DNA of 64,000 bases from an uncultured Victivallales bacterium (lineage in GTDB: Bacteria; Verrucomicrobiota; Kiritimatiellia; UBA8416; CAYOBW01): positions 1 to 64,000 of the forward strand of contig CAZJYI010000021.1 of the NCBI GenBank assembly GCA_964550025.1, read 5' to 3'. The translations under genes and the position numbers were made by a program. The notes beneath the pieces are model-generated. The model had not been told where the DNA came from. It did not search any database and saw only the letters and a program-made list of their open reading frames with translations. Each line of letters begins with the position of its first letter. Position 1 is the first letter of the stretch. Positions 35,920-46,540 of the stretch are shown here, one piece after another.

Positions 35920-36047
35920 TCTCTTGCCTTTTTGACACGATCTACAGGATCCACGGGATGGGAGGGGATATCCTGTCGATCCTGTTGATCCTGTCCAAAA
36001 TCCCATTTGGCCGCGGCTATGCTGCGCTGTGTGGCCGTGGTTCTTCA
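35898..36047 (-). repeat. Conserved intergenic element, copy B (three ACAGGATNN direct repeats)
   Basis: Minus orientation: TGA-AGAACCACGGCCACACAGCGCAGCATAGCC...GGACAGGATCAACAGGATCGACAGGATATCCCCTCCCATCCCGTGGATCC...AAGAGAATGGTGGGGTATAGTACAG. Confidence 0.6.
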
Positions 36048-36746
36048 TTCGAGCTGGAAAGTCACTTTCTGCTTCACCCTCACGGGCACGGGCTTCCCGT
36101 CTTTCTTGCCCGGTCGAAAGCGCCAGCGAGAGGCCGCTCGAACGGCCGCTCGCGTGAAGACGTCTCCCGGTTGCGACATTACGACCTCAATGTCCCGCGT
36201 CCTGCCGTCGGCATCGACCACGAACTCCAGCATGACGACGCCCTCCGTGCGGCGCATCCTGGCTTGAGGCGGATACACGGGAGGCAGGCGCACGAGCGGC
36301 GAGGGTGGCTGATCCAGCTCGGAGAGCTGAAACACCATGTTCCCGAGCGGTTCTTCGAGTCCGGGGGCAGCGACGGCAAAGCCGAGATCGAAATCGCCGG
36401 CGACGTCTCCCATGGCCATGTCAAGGCTCATGGCGGCGTTAAGGGGCAGTTGCCGCACGCGGGAGGTGCGCAGCTTGGGCTTCGGGGGCTTCCTGGCGGG
36501 GCGCTGCTCCGCTGTTTTCGTCCGCGCCGGCGGCGGGGGCGGTAACGGCGTGTCGAGTGTGCTGACGCCACGCAGTGTTGCCGAAGGCTCCGGCCGGTTG
36601 GACAGCAATTCGAGATACGGCAGCAGCAGGTACGTGGCAATGGTGAGGACCGCGGCCGCGAGAACCGAACGTACGGTCCAGGGAGGATTGCGGATTCCCG
36701 GAGGGACCGTTGGAAGCCCGGGCTGTTCTGCCGTGCGCGAGGTCAT
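36045..36746 (-). CDS. tonB: TonB family protein
   Basis: Start MTSRTAEQ. Pro-rich spacer, C-terminal TonB domain (EGVVMLEFVVDADGRTRDIEVV...FRPGKKDGKPV). Confidence 0.75.
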   Translation of the reverse strand: MTSRTAEQPGLPTVPPGIRNPPWTVRSVLAAAVLTIATYLLLPYLELLSNRPEPSATLRGVSTLDTPLPPPPPARTKTAEQRPARKPPKPKLRTSRVRQLPLNAAMSLDMAMGDVAGDFDLGFAVAAPGLEEPLGNMVFQLSELDQPPSPLVRLPPVYPPQARMRRTEGVVMLEFVVDADGRTRDIEVVMSQPGDVFTRAAVRAASRWRFRPGKKDGKPVPVRVKQKVTFQLE

Positions 36747-36748
36747 GG

Positions 36749-37159
36749 CTATCGCACCTCCCGCGCGGCGGCGATACTGACTTGCTTCGCGCCGGCCAGC
36801 TTGCATTCGTCGATGAGGTCCACGAGCGGGGCCGTGCGTGCGTCGGCGTCCGCGAGGATGATGACCGGGACCGGTTTGCCGCGAAGCTGCTGGGACACCA
36901 GGCCGCGCACGCTGTTCAGCCCGATCTGCCGTCCGCCGTATACGATGCGGCCGTCGGGCGTCAGGGCGATCATGATGCTGTGCTTGTCCATGTCCTGCAC
37001 GCTCGCGGCCTTGGGTTTCTGCACCTCTACACCCGTCTCTTCCACGAATACGGTGGTTACCACGAAAAAGATGAGGAGCAGGAACACGCAGTCAATCAGC
37101 GGTGACATGTTGATGTCCACGCCGCTACCGGAAGGGCCCTGGTATGCGATCCGCTTCAT
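36749..37159 (-). CDS. exbD: ExbD/TolR biopolymer transport protein
   Basis: 136 aa. MSPLIDCVFLLLIFFVV TM. Confidence 0.85.
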   Translation of the reverse strand: MKRIAYQGPSGSGVDINMSPLIDCVFLLLIFFVVTTVFVEETGVEVQKPKAASVQDMDKHSIMIALTPDGRIVYGGRQIGLNSVRGLVSQQLRGKPVPVIILADADARTAPLVDLIDECKLAGAKQVSIAAAREVR

Positions 37160-37776
37160 GATGGCTCGGTCCCGATGATGACGTAGGTTCTGATGGCCGC
37201 GAAGAGGGTTCCGACCTCCGCCGACAGCCGTTTCAGACGCGCCAGCCCGAACACGCCGGGGATGGCAACGACGAGTCCGAACTGCGTGGTGATCAGCGCC
37301 CGGCTCACGCCCGAGGCCACCCGGCCCGCCGTATCGCCGGCCATTCCCGCCACGCCGTCAAACGTCTCGACCATCCCGGCGACGGTTCCCAGGAGCCCAA
37401 CCAGGGGCGCCACGACCGTGAGGGCGGCCAGCACGAGCGCGTCCCTCCCCATGCCGTCCTGCGCGAACGCGCTCTCGCGGTCCAGCGCCTCCCGGGAAGG
37501 CGCCCCTTCGGCGATGGCCTCCAGTGCCCTCAGACACGCTGTTCGAAACGGGCCGGACGGCGCGTTCCGGACAATGTCGGACAGTGTCCGCGCCGTGCTT
37601 CCGTCGTCGTGCGACAGCGCCTCCAGCAGCTGCCGTCCCTGCTGAGATGCCGTCATCAGCTCACGACGTGCCCTCAGGAAATAGGCCCAGATCGCAAAAC
37701 ACACGGCCGCAAGAGGGAGCAGGAGCAGCCCTCCGGAACTCCAGTACGCCGCGGGTTGGGTCAGCCAGTCAGTCAT
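37156..37776 (-). CDS. exbB: MotA/TolQ/ExbB proton channel protein
   Basis: 206 aa. Three TM helices. LGLLGTVAGM signature. Confidence 0.85.
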   Translation of the reverse strand: MTDWLTQPAAYWSSGGLLLLPLAAVCFAIWAYFLRARRELMTASQQGRQLLEALSHDDGSTARTLSDIVRNAPSGPFRTACLRALEAIAEGAPSREALDRESAFAQDGMGRDALVLAALTVVAPLVGLLGTVAGMVETFDGVAGMAGDTAGRVASGVSRALITTQFGLVVAIPGVFGLARLKRLSAEVGTLFAAIRTYVIIGTEPS

Positions 37777-39221
37777 GCCGAGGGTGCCGCTCCGTTGCCT
37801 TGCTTGAGCTTGAGCCCGTGGACGAAATCTGCCGCCATGCGTTCCAGCACGCTGACGATGCTACGAACGCGCCGCGCCAGGAACGCGTGGACCAGAAGGA
37901 CGGGAATCGCAATCGCGAGGCCGCACTTCGTGGTCACGAGGGCCTCGGAAATGCCCGCTGACAGCAGCTTGGCATTGCCGCTGCCGAAGATGGTCACGAG
38001 CTGGAAGGTGTGGATCATGCCGGTGACGGTTCCAAGCAGCCCCAGCAGGGGCGCCACGCCGCCGAACACGGCCAGTGTGCCGAGGTGTCGCTCCAGCCGC
38101 GGGATGCAGCTCAGCACGTGTTCGTGCAGGATTTCCTCGAGGTGCTCCTTGGTCGCATCTCTGTGCTCGATGCCCTCGCGCATGAGGGACGCCAGAGGTT
38201 GCGGCAGCCGTTGTCCCGCGGCACGCGCACCAACGACATCACCGGTTCGTATCTGTTCCAGGATGTGGACCGCGAAAACGCCGCGGCCAGTGCGTATCCG
38301 TGCCAGTTCCAGCAGCTTCCAGAGCGAGAGTATGGCGGCCGCTATGCCGATGCCCAGCAGCGGCACCATGACGACACCGCCCTTCTTCAGGTGCTCGACA
38401 AGCGGTTGTCTTGCTTCTTCGATAAGAAGCGCATGCCCCGAGGTGAGGTCGCACGGCACGGCGGCCTCGGCGCCCTTGACCAGGCTCAGGATGGCCGCGC
38501 GACCCTCCTGGTCCACGTCCGAGAAGAGCGAGGGATGGGCGCTGCCGAGGCGCGAAACGATGAGTCCTGCCGCTTCACCTTCTCCGGCGAAGTAGGCCAG
38601 GGGACCGAAGACCGCGAACGTGCCGCGCCGCTCCACACCGTCACTGTCCAGGGCGGCGCCGTTGAACGTCATGCCCCCGACGCGATCCTGGTTCCACCCG
38701 GCTGCGAGTGTGAGCAACCGCGCGGAGGCCTCGGCGAGGCCTCTGTGCGCGACCGTGTTGCCCAGAACGGTATCGATCGCCGTCAGTTCGGGGGCCAGGC
38801 GCGCGGCTTCGGCCGGACCTGCCCGCGTCTCCAGGGATCGCCGGTATTCCGCCAGCAACGACTGCATGAAGCGGCACTCTTCGCGCAGCGCCTCCGTCTC
38901 GTGTTCAAGCTGATCCTGTTCCGTTCGGCCCAATTCCCGCAGTGCACGCAGGCGGTCCGCGTCGCGCCGCAGGGCCTTTACCTCTTTCTGAAGTGTTGCC
39001 TGTTGCGTGGCGAGGGGCGTGCGTTTCTCGGCGATTGCCGCGCGGAGCGCGTTCAGCTCCGCAACGGATGCTTCAATGTCCGCGTGGACCGTGGTTACCG
39101 CGGTTGGGATGTCGGGCTGCTCCGCGGCCGGGGGGGCGGTAGCCGCCGGATCTGCCTGAGGTCGCGCCGCAACCGCCGACAGGAGCAGGACGGCAGTGAT
39201 ACTATGAGCGGGAACTCTCAT
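37773..39221 (-). CDS. MotA/TolQ/ExbB-family protein with long N-terminal periplasmic coiled-coil domain (TtpC-like)
   Basis: 482 aa. Signal peptide. C-terminal LGLLGTVTGMIHTF channel motif. Confidence 0.75.
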   Translation of the reverse strand: MRVPAHSITAVLLLSAVAARPQADPAATAPPAAEQPDIPTAVTTVHADIEASVAELNALRAAIAEKRTPLATQQATLQKEVKALRRDADRLRALRELGRTEQDQLEHETEALREECRFMQSLLAEYRRSLETRAGPAEAARLAPELTAIDTVLGNTVAHRGLAEASARLLTLAAGWNQDRVGGMTFNGAALDSDGVERRGTFAVFGPLAYFAGEGEAAGLIVSRLGSAHPSLFSDVDQEGRAAILSLVKGAEAAVPCDLTSGHALLIEEARQPLVEHLKKGGVVMVPLLGIGIAAAILSLWKLLELARIRTGRGVFAVHILEQIRTGDVVGARAAGQRLPQPLASLMREGIEHRDATKEHLEEILHEHVLSCIPRLERHLGTLAVFGGVAPLLGLLGTVTGMIHTFQLVTIFGSGNAKLLSAGISEALVTTKCGLAIAIPVLLVHAFLARRVRSIVSVLERMAADFVHGLKLKQGNGAAPSA

Positions 39222-40006
39222 TCCGGATTGCCCCCCTGTTCACCGGGATGCGCGAGTCCGAGAGGCAGGTCGACCAGGGCGGCCGGTGCGGTGTTGCCGG
39301 CGACGTTGACGGCCTTGCGAATGTGCGGGGCCAGTTCAGGGCGCGGCGTCCAGGTCCACCCGTCGTCCGCCGGCGTGCCGATGGCCGCCCAGCGACCGTC
39401 GCCGGATACGGCAAAGCCGCGTGCCAGACCGATGTACACCACGTCGACCTCGCGGCGCGCCGCGTCCGGCAGAGGTATGATCTCGCGTACCACGTGGATG
39501 CCGTGCTGAAGCGTCTCGATCTGCGAGTAGAGAGCGATGACCCTTTGAAGCCGTGGCCCGATGGCGCTCTTCTTCGCCGACTCGTGTCCCGCGGGCAGTT
39601 CGTCGAACGTCTTGCGCAACGGGGCTGCCAGGGATGGGGGGAGTCGCTTGCGCCATTGCCGCAGGACGGCCTCGGCGCGACTCACGGCGGGAGCAATGGC
39701 CTCGATCGCCTCGCGCATTGCCGCCTGCTCGGCGGCGAGACGCTCCCGGTCGGCCTGGACGGAGGAGGTCAGTTTCCTTGCCTCGGAGATCTCCCGGGTG
39801 AGCGTGGTCTTTTCGGCCTCGAGAACGGTGATTTCCTCGCGCCAGCGCGCCTGCTGTTTCTCCCAGGCCTGCTTCTCGACCGCAATCTTCTCGCGCAGTG
39901 CGATCCAGCGGCCGACCAGCCCCTCCAGCGTGCCGAGGTCCGCATCCGGATCATCCGCATTTGCCGGGGCTGTGCAGAACACCGCCAGACACATCGCCGT
40001 CAGCAT
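39218..40006 (-). CDS. DUF3450-like periplasmic coiled-coil protein (TtpB-like)
   Basis: Start MLTAMCLAVFCTAPANA (signal peptide). Coiled-coil region. First gene of the TonB2-like operon. Confidence 0.55.
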   Translation of the reverse strand: MLTAMCLAVFCTAPANADDPDADLGTLEGLVGRWIALREKIAVEKQAWEKQQARWREEITVLEAEKTTLTREISEARKLTSSVQADRERLAAEQAAMREAIEAIAPAVSRAEAVLRQWRKRLPPSLAAPLRKTFDELPAGHESAKKSAIGPRLQRVIALYSQIETLQHGIHVVREIIPLPDAARREVDVVYIGLARGFAVSGDGRWAAIGTPADDGWTWTPRPELAPHIRKAVNVAGNTAPAALVDLPLGLAHPGEQGGNPE

Positions 40007-40281
40007 TGTCAGCTCGAATCGCTTCACCCTGTCTTCCTCTACGGGCGGACGCCCCATACCGGGTACGCCGTTGCATAGTCAGTTCTTAGCAGGCGGCGGC
40101 CTCGGAGCAAAGCCGAAAGCGGTGGGGCGCAAGGGGGAGGATCATGTAGCACGATTAAGCAGCACGATTGAGAGGGGCTCCCTGCTCACACTTCGTCGTG
40201 CTACTTAATCGAGCTACTTCATCTCTTCGCCCCGGCGCGAGGGCAATGTCCACCCATCATCTTCGCATGGAATTTCGCGGA

Positions 40282-41115
40282 CTACGGCGCGGCGCGCACG
40301 AGGCGCAGGCCTGTGGTCGAAGTCACCACATGGGGTTGCTGATAGCCGCGATTCGCCACGCGGCAAGATTGGGCTTTGCCTGTCCAGCTGCCGCCACGCA
40401 CTACGCGGTCCGTGCCCGATTCCGGGCCGCGGGGGTCCGTGCCGGGTGATGTGGTGTAGTAGTTGTAGACGCGCCAGTCCCAGCACCACTCCGAGACGTT
40501 TCCAGCCATATCAAACAGCCCATAGCCGTTCGCATCCCAACGGACCCAGCCGTTCTGTACGTCCACGTTTTCCGTCCGGTACACTGTTGTCTTGCTTGCT
40601 CCGGTATAGTAGCAGGGCGTCAATCCCTCCATTTCGCTGCGGGCGTTGGCCCATTTGACGCAGTCGTGCCAGCTGACGGAATGTACGGGGTGGCTCGGTT
40701 GTTGCGCCGATCCGGCGTGGCTGAAGTGATAGTTGTGGGCCACCGCCCAGTCGTAAACTTCGCGCCACAGGTTGGATCTCACCTCATACACATCCATGTA
40801 GACCGCGCTGACGGTCACGGTGTGCACCGGCAGTTCACTCGAGCTCGGTCTGCCGAAGCAGTCACCCATCAGAAAGGGCCCGGCCGGGATGAGCGCCATC
40901 CCGGCGACCGTATGGCCCATACCGTCGGTCGCCATCCTCTGTTCGAGTTGCTGTATGCGTTCCCGGTTTGCCATCAGTTCCTGGTAGATCTCCTCCAGGC
41001 TGTGCATGGTGGGCCCGGGTGCGTTCGTCGGATCCAGGCCGGCCGCGCACACTCCGCTCGCGCAGAGCACGCCGGCCAGGCCGGCCGCCATTACCAATCT
41101 GCCTGAGCTGCTCAT
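40282..41115 (-). CDS. Formylglycine-generating enzyme (FGE/SUMF1) family protein, secreted
   Basis: Signal peptide. PVHSVSWHDCVKWANARS, GLFDMAGNVSEWCWDW, RVVRGGSW. Confidence 0.8.
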   Translation of the reverse strand: MSSSGRLVMAAGLAGVLCASGVCAAGLDPTNAPGPTMHSLEEIYQELMANRERIQQLEQRMATDGMGHTVAGMALIPAGPFLMGDCFGRPSSSELPVHTVTVSAVYMDVYEVRSNLWREVYDWAVAHNYHFSHAGSAQQPSHPVHSVSWHDCVKWANARSEMEGLTPCYYTGASKTTVYRTENVDVQNGWVRWDANGYGLFDMAGNVSEWCWDWRVYNYYTTSPGTDPRGPESGTDRVVRGGSWTGKAQSCRVANRGYQQPHVVTSTTGLRLVRAAP

Positions 41116-41306
41116 CTCGCTCTACCTCCCCGATGGTCATGTTGTTCGGCCTTCAGCGTCAGTAACACTACCTTAGTCGCAGTCGAACCCGGATTCAAGA
41201 GGGGATCGGAACGTGGAGTACGAGTGTTGCCTTGACCGCATACCGGTTTCGAGAGACTGTATGCGCGATTGAGCTGACCGACCGGGGGAAAGGCAAGGAG
41301 CGCTGA

Positions 41307-41945
41307 ATGGAACTGCTTGACGGACTTGACGCGCGGCGCGTGTTTTGCATTGGCTGCAACTACGACGCGCATATCAAGGAGTTGGGATCGCGCGACTCCG
41401 ATAGGTGCGTTGTCTTCATGAAGCCGCCGACAAGCCTTGTGCCGGTCGGGCGTCCGGTCGTCCTCCCCAGGGGGCGCGGTTCGATTCACCACGAAGTCGA
41501 GCTGGTGGCGATGGTGGGGAAGGGGGGCAGGAGCATCCCGGCGGCGGACGCGCGCGACCACGTTGGCGGCATCACGCTGGGACTGGACATGACCCTGCGT
41601 GAAGCGCAGACATTGATCAAGCAGAACGGTCACCCGTGGGAACTGTGCAAGGCGTTCGACTACAGCGCACCCCTGGGGGAGGTCGTGCCGCTTCAGCCTG
41701 AGCACGACCTCGCCGCTATCGAGATGTGCTGCACCGTGAATGGCGAGCTCCGCCAACAGGGCAATACGCGCGACATGCTTTTCCCCGTGGCTCGGCTCAT
41801 CGAGATTCTGAGCAGCACGTGGGAGCTCCTGCCCGGCGATCTCATCTACACCGGCACGCCGCCCGGTGTCGGTCCGGTCGAGCCGGGGGACCGCATTGCC
41901 ATTGAGAGCCCGCAAGTGGGGTTGTTTGAGTGGACGATTGAATGA
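41307..41945 (+). CDS. Fumarylacetoacetate hydrolase (FAH) family protein
   Basis: 212 aa. HHEVELVAMVGK and GITLGLDMTLRE motifs. Confidence 0.8.
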   Translation: MELLDGLDARRVFCIGCNYDAHIKELGSRDSDRCVVFMKPPTSLVPVGRPVVLPRGRGSIHHEVELVAMVGKGGRSIPAADARDHVGGITLGLDMTLREAQTLIKQNGHPWELCKAFDYSAPLGEVVPLQPEHDLAAIEMCCTVNGELRQQGNTRDMLFPVARLIEILSSTWELLPGDLIYTGTPPGVGPVEPGDRIAIESPQVGLFEWTIE

Positions 41946-41986
41946 TGCGAACAGAACGTCCTCCTGTTGGCGCGATAGTCGTTACT

Positions 41987-42030
41987 GCGAGTCGCGAGTC
42001 GCGAGTCGCGCGTCGGGCGTCGCGCGTCGG
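41987..42030. repeat. Short tandem heptamer repeat (CGAGTCG x3, then CGCGTCGGG x2)
   Basis: tgcgagtcgcgagtcgcgagtcgcgcgtcgggcgtcgcgcgtcggg. A related GAGTCGC/TAGTCGC triplet lies at ~7490-7515. Confidence 0.55.
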
Positions 42031-42087
42031 GTGAGAGGGACGTCTCCGGCCTGACTTCAGACCTTCGCGGCTGAGGGCGGCACACGT

Positions 42088-42708
42088 TTGGGATCCGACA
42101 GAACCATGTTACAGGTCTCCAACCTCGTATACCACGGCATCGGGCCGTTCTCGTTTGCCGTCGAGCCGGGCGAGTGCGTTGGGCTCAGCGGGCCGTCCGG
42201 GGGCGGCAAGACGCTCCTGCTGCGCGCGCTGTGCGATCTTGATCCGTCCGAGGGACAGGTTTCGCTTGGCGGCGTGGATGCCGGCGCGCTGAGCGCCCCC
42301 GAATGGCGGCGCAAGGTCGGTTTTCTGCCCGCGGAGAGCCATTGGTGGTACGACACCGTGGGCGAGCACTTTCTCGACGAGGGCGTCGGGGAACGCCTTA
42401 GGGGAGTGGGCTTTGAGACGGACGTGCTCTCCTGGCCGGTTGAGCGCCTGTCGTCCGGGGAGCGGCAGCGCCTTGCACTGCTGCGCCTGCTGGCGGGCAG
42501 GCCGGAGGCCCTGCTACTGGATGAGCCGACGACCCATCTCGACGATGACAACCGCGGGTACGTTGAGTCCGCCATTGAGTCGTACCGCAGCGCCCGGAGC
42601 GTCCCCGTTCTCTGGGTGGCGCATGACAAGGCCCAGCTACATCGTGTCTGCAGCCGGGCCTACCGGTTGTCCGACGGGAAGCTGGAGGAGGAGACGGCAT
42701 GGAGCTGA
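42088..42708 (+). CDS. ABC transporter ATP-binding protein, FetA/YbbL-like
   Basis: GPSGGGKTLL, LSSGERQRLAL, LLLDEPTTHLD. No TM. Confidence 0.75.
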   Translation: MGSDRTMLQVSNLVYHGIGPFSFAVEPGECVGLSGPSGGGKTLLLRALCDLDPSEGQVSLGGVDAGALSAPEWRRKVGFLPAESHWWYDTVGEHFLDEGVGERLRGVGFETDVLSWPVERLSSGERQRLALLRLLAGRPEALLLDEPTTHLDDDNRGYVESAIESYRSARSVPVLWVAHDKAQLHRVCSRAYRLSDGKLEEETAWS

Positions 42709-43505
42709 TCGATCTTACTCCCACCAGCCTCGCGGTCGCGGCCATTCTTGTCGTGGCGCTCGCCGCCCTTTCCATCCGCATGCAGTTCGGGGTAGAGAAG
42801 CAACTGCTCATTGCCGCCGCGCGCACGGTCATTCAGCTCAGTCTCATCGGTGTCGTGCTGACGTGGGTCTTTGCCCATGAGAGTCCGCTCTGGATCGGGA
42901 GCATGACGCTGGTCATGTTGCTGGTGGCTGGTTCGGAAGTCATGCGCCGGCAACACCGCCGGTTCGTCGGGTGGTGGGGCTACGGCATCGGGACCGTCTC
43001 GATGTTCATCTCCTCGTTCACCATCTCTGCCTTTGCGTTGCTCTTCGTCGTTTCGGTCCGGCCGTGGTACAAGCCCCAGTATGCCATTCCCCTGGTGGGG
43101 ATGATTCTGGGGAATTCGATGACCGGCATTGCGCTGGGATTGGATCGCCTGACGGAGGCGGCAAGCAAGCAGCGCCGGGTGATCGAGGCGCGCCTGATCC
43201 TGGGGCAGCCATGGCACGAAGCCATCGGCGATATCCGGCGCGCGAGCATTCGCTCGGCGTTGATGCCCATCATCAACAGCATGTCGATTATCGGCCTCGT
43301 ACACCTGCCCGGAATGATGACGGGTCAGATCCTGGCGGGTTCCCTACCGGCCAAGGCGGTGAAGTACCAGATCATGATCATGTTCATGATCGCGGCGGGA
43401 ACGGGCTTCGGTAGCATGGCGGCCGTTCTCCTCGGCTCGCGCCGCCTCTTCGACCGCCGCCAGCGCCTGCGGTTGGAGCGGTTGAAGTCGCACGGTGGGC
43501 AGTAG
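42699..43505 (+). CDS. ABC transporter permease, FetB/YbbM (UPF0014) family
   Basis: 268 aa polytopic. Overlaps the ATPase gene by 10 nt. Confidence 0.75.
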   Translation: MELIDLTPTSLAVAAILVVALAALSIRMQFGVEKQLLIAAARTVIQLSLIGVVLTWVFAHESPLWIGSMTLVMLLVAGSEVMRRQHRRFVGWWGYGIGTVSMFISSFTISAFALLFVVSVRPWYKPQYAIPLVGMILGNSMTGIALGLDRLTEAASKQRRVIEARLILGQPWHEAIGDIRRASIRSALMPIINSMSIIGLVHLPGMMTGQILAGSLPAKAVKYQIMIMFMIAAGTGFGSMAAVLLGSRRLFDRRQRLRLERLKSHGGQ

Positions 43506-43640
43506 CGCGGAAACCTGTTCCGCGCAGGCGCGTGGGAGGAGAATGGCGAGCGAGAACATGCCTGCGCGCCTCAGCTCTCTCCAACCATTCTGCCGCCATG
43601 CTCACACGCGGATCGGATATCCGCGCTACGGGGGAACGCC

Positions 43641-44528
43641 CTATGCCACCCCCGCCGCCCGCTTCGCCGACGCGACCGTGTTGTAGAGCAGCATGGTGAT
43701 GGTCATGGGGCCGACGCCGCCGGGGACGGGGGTGATCATGGAGGCCTTTTCGCTGACGCCCTCGAAGTCCACGTCGCCCACCAGGCGGTAGCCGCGCTTC
43801 TTCGTGGCGTCCTCGACGCGGTTCACGCCCACGTCGATCACCACGACGCCGTCCTGCACCATGTCGGCCGTGACGGTGTTGGGCCGTCCCGCGGCCACGA
43901 TCAGGATGTCGGCCTGGCGCGTCATGGCGCCCATGTCGCGTGTGCGGGTGTGGCAGACGGTGACCGTGGCGTTGGCGCCTTCCTTCTTCTGTATCAGCAT
44001 GTTGGCTACGGGTTTGCCCACGATGTTGCTGCGGCCGACGACGACCACGTGCGCTCCCTCCGTCTGCGTGCCGCTGCGCGACAGGAGCTGGAGGATGCCG
44101 TGCGGTGTGCAGGGCAGGAAGCAATCCTCGCCGATCACCATCTTGCCGAGGTTGACCGGGTGGAATCCGTCGACGTCCTTCTCGGGCTTGATCGCCAGCA
44201 GGACGGCGCTTTCATCGATATGCTTCGGCAGCGGGAGCTGAACCAGGATGCCGTTGATCTTCGGATCGTTGTTCATGCGTTCCACGATCGCCAGCAGCTC
44301 CTCCTGGGAGGTCTCGGCCGGCAGCCGGTTGTCTTCAGAGTAGATTCCGATCTTCTCGCACGCCCGCTCCTTGGCCGTGACGTAGGACTGCGACGCCGGA
44401 TCCTCGCCCACCAGCACGACGCCCAGTCCGGGCACGACACCGTCTGCGGCCAGGCGTGCGACTTCCTCCTGCAATTCCGCGCGCATCTCCTGCGCAACCT
44501 GCTTCCCGTCAATGATCTTCGCTGACAT
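43641..44528 (-). CDS. folD: Bifunctional methylenetetrahydrofolate dehydrogenase/cyclohydrolase
   Basis: Start MSAKIIDGKQVA. VGEDPASQSYV and VVGRSNIVGKP motifs. Confidence 0.9.
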   Translation of the reverse strand: MSAKIIDGKQVAQEMRAELQEEVARLAADGVVPGLGVVLVGEDPASQSYVTAKERACEKIGIYSEDNRLPAETSQEELLAIVERMNNDPKINGILVQLPLPKHIDESAVLLAIKPEKDVDGFHPVNLGKMVIGEDCFLPCTPHGILQLLSRSGTQTEGAHVVVVGRSNIVGKPVANMLIQKKEGANATVTVCHTRTRDMGAMTRQADILIVAAGRPNTVTADMVQDGVVVIDVGVNRVEDATKKRGYRLVGDVDFEGVSEKASMITPVPGGVGPMTITMLLYNTVASAKRAAGVA

Positions 44529-44603
44529 CACACACTCTCCCGTACCGATTGCCGGTCGCTGATAACCGATCACTGATCACTGATGACTGATCACTCCTCT
44601 TCA

Positions 44604-46373
44604 CTAGTAAAGCCCCGTCACCTTCCCCGTCTTCACGTCGACGTCAATCCCGCGGAACGCGGGATTGGATGCCGTGCCGGGCATCAGCTTGATGGCGCCG
44701 GCCACGGGTACAACGAAGCCTGCCCCCTTGTACACGAGAATGTCGTGCACGGGAAGTTCCCAATCGGCCGGGCGTCCCTTGAGCGACGCGTCGTGCGACA
44801 GGCTCAAGTGTGTCTTGACCATGCACGTCCCGAACTTGCGCGCGCCGGCGTCTTTCTCGAGACGGTTGATCTTGCCCTGGGCCCGGTCGCTGTACGTCAC
44901 GGCATCGGCGCCGTAGACCTCTTTCGCGATCAGCTCGATGCGATCGCGCAGCGGGGTCTCCAACGGATAGAGGAAGTCGAAGTCGTGCTTCTCTTCGGCA
45001 ACGCTGACGACGGCCTCGGCCAGCTCACAGGCGCCTTCGCCGCCGCGCAGCCAGTGGTCCGATGACACGGCCACGGCCCCGCTCGCCTCCGCGATCCTGC
45101 GGACGGCCTCCACTTCGGCCGGCGTGTCCGTGTGGAAGGTGTTGACGCAGACAATGGGGCGAACACCACTCCGTTTGACGATGTCGATGTGGGCGCGGAG
45201 GTTCTCGCAGCCCTGCTCGACGAGCCCGACGTCTTCCTCCGTGTAGGCCGGGTCAAGCGGACGCCCCGGCCTCACCGCCGGGCCGCCGCCGTGCATCTTG
45301 AGTGCGCGCACGGTGGCCACGATGACCACGGCATCCGGTTTCATGCCTGAGAATCGGCATTTCAAGTTCCAGAACTTCTCGTAGCCGATGTCCGCGCCGA
45401 AACCGCTTTCGGTCACGTGGTAGTCCGCGAGTCGCGTGCCGAGCTGGTCGGCGATGATCGAGCTCTGGCCAATGGCGATGTTGGCAAAAGGGCCGGCATG
45501 GACCAGGAGCGGCTGCCCCTCGATCGTCTGGAGAAGGTTGGGATTGACGGCGTTGACCATCCAGGCCGTCATGGCGCCGTCGACTTCGAGATCGGCGGTT
45601 GTCACTTCCTTGCCGGACGTGTCGTAGGCAACGACCATTTTCGCGATGCGGTTGCGCAGATCCTCGAGACCGGTCGCGACGGAGAGAATGGCCATGACCT
45701 CGCTGGCAACCGTAATGTAGAAGCCGGACTCCATTTCCAGGCCGTCCATCTTGCCGCCCTTGCCGATGGTGATGTTGCGCAGGGCCTGGGCGCAGAAATC
45801 CAGCGCCCAGCGTAGCTGCACGCGCGCGGGATCGATATCGATGCGGGTCAACTTGCTTCGCGCCAGCCGTTCGTCGTCGTAGTTGAACTCGTGCTGCATC
45901 CGCGCCGTCAGGGCGACCATGGCCAGGTTGTTGGCGTTCGCGATGGCGTCAATGTCGCCGGTCAGGCCGAGTGACAGGGGGGCGAGCGGGATGCACTGCG
46001 AGAGGCCGCCGCCCGCGGCGGAACCCTTGATATTGAACGTCGGTCCGCCGCTGGGCTGGCGGATGGCGCCGGTAACGCGTTTCCCGAGCCTGCCGAGCCC
46101 CTGGATGAGTCCCAGCGTCGTGGTGGTCTTACCCTCGCCAAGAGGCGTTGGCGTGATGGCGGTCACATCGATGAACTTGGCCTTTCCCGGCTCGGGCAGG
46201 CGCTCCATGATGCGCGCGTAGTCAACCTTGGCAAGCTGACGCCCCATCGGGATCAGTTCGTCTTCCCGCACACCAAGCTCTCCGGCCAGCCTTGCCGGAG
46301 GGGTCATCTGCTCAGCCGCGAGCTCTGCGATTTGCCAGTCTTTCAGTTGCGTCGGATCCAGTCTCGTTTGCAC
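44604..46373 (-). CDS. fhs: Formate--tetrahydrofolate ligase
   Basis: 589 aa. [12 protein letters not shown]-loop and full-length collinearity with FTHFS. Confidence 0.9.
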   Translation of the reverse strand: MQTRLDPTQLKDWQIAELAAEQMTPPARLAGELGVREDELIPMGRQLAKVDYARIMERLPEPGKAKFIDVTAITPTPLGEGKTTTTLGLIQGLGRLGKRVTGAIRQPSGGPTFNIKGSAAGGGLSQCIPLAPLSLGLTGDIDAIANANNLAMVALTARMQHEFNYDDERLARSKLTRIDIDPARVQLRWALDFCAQALRNITIGKGGKMDGLEMESGFYITVASEVMAILSVATGLEDLRNRIAKMVVAYDTSGKEVTTADLEVDGAMTAWMVNAVNPNLLQTIEGQPLLVHAGPFANIAIGQSSIIADQLGTRLADYHVTESGFGADIGYEKFWNLKCRFSGMKPDAVVIVATVRALKMHGGGPAVRPGRPLDPAYTEEDVGLVEQGCENLRAHIDIVKRSGVRPIVCVNTFHTDTPAEVEAVRRIAEASGAVAVSSDHWLRGGEGACELAEAVVSVAEEKHDFDFLYPLETPLRDRIELIAKEVYGADAVTYSDRAQGKINRLEKDAGARKFGTCMVKTHLSLSHDASLKGRPADWELPVHDILVYKGAGFVVPVAGAIKLMPGTASNPAFRGIDVDVKTGKVTGLY

Positions 46374-46540
46374 TGTTCGCTACCTCTTCATCGTCACGGT
46401 CATCTCTCCTGTTGTTCCCGGGACGCGGTCGGGGTGTAACCCGACCCTCCATCGCGCAGAAACGGCCCGTTCTCCGTCCTGGAGGGACGGCTGCCACGCC
46501 GTCCGTGCCTCCGGGGGGAACAGTGGTGAAGACCGTGTTT

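Noticed and set aside
38010-39509. 499-aa plus-strand ORF
   Set aside because: Antisense to the TtpC-like MotA/ExbB gene.
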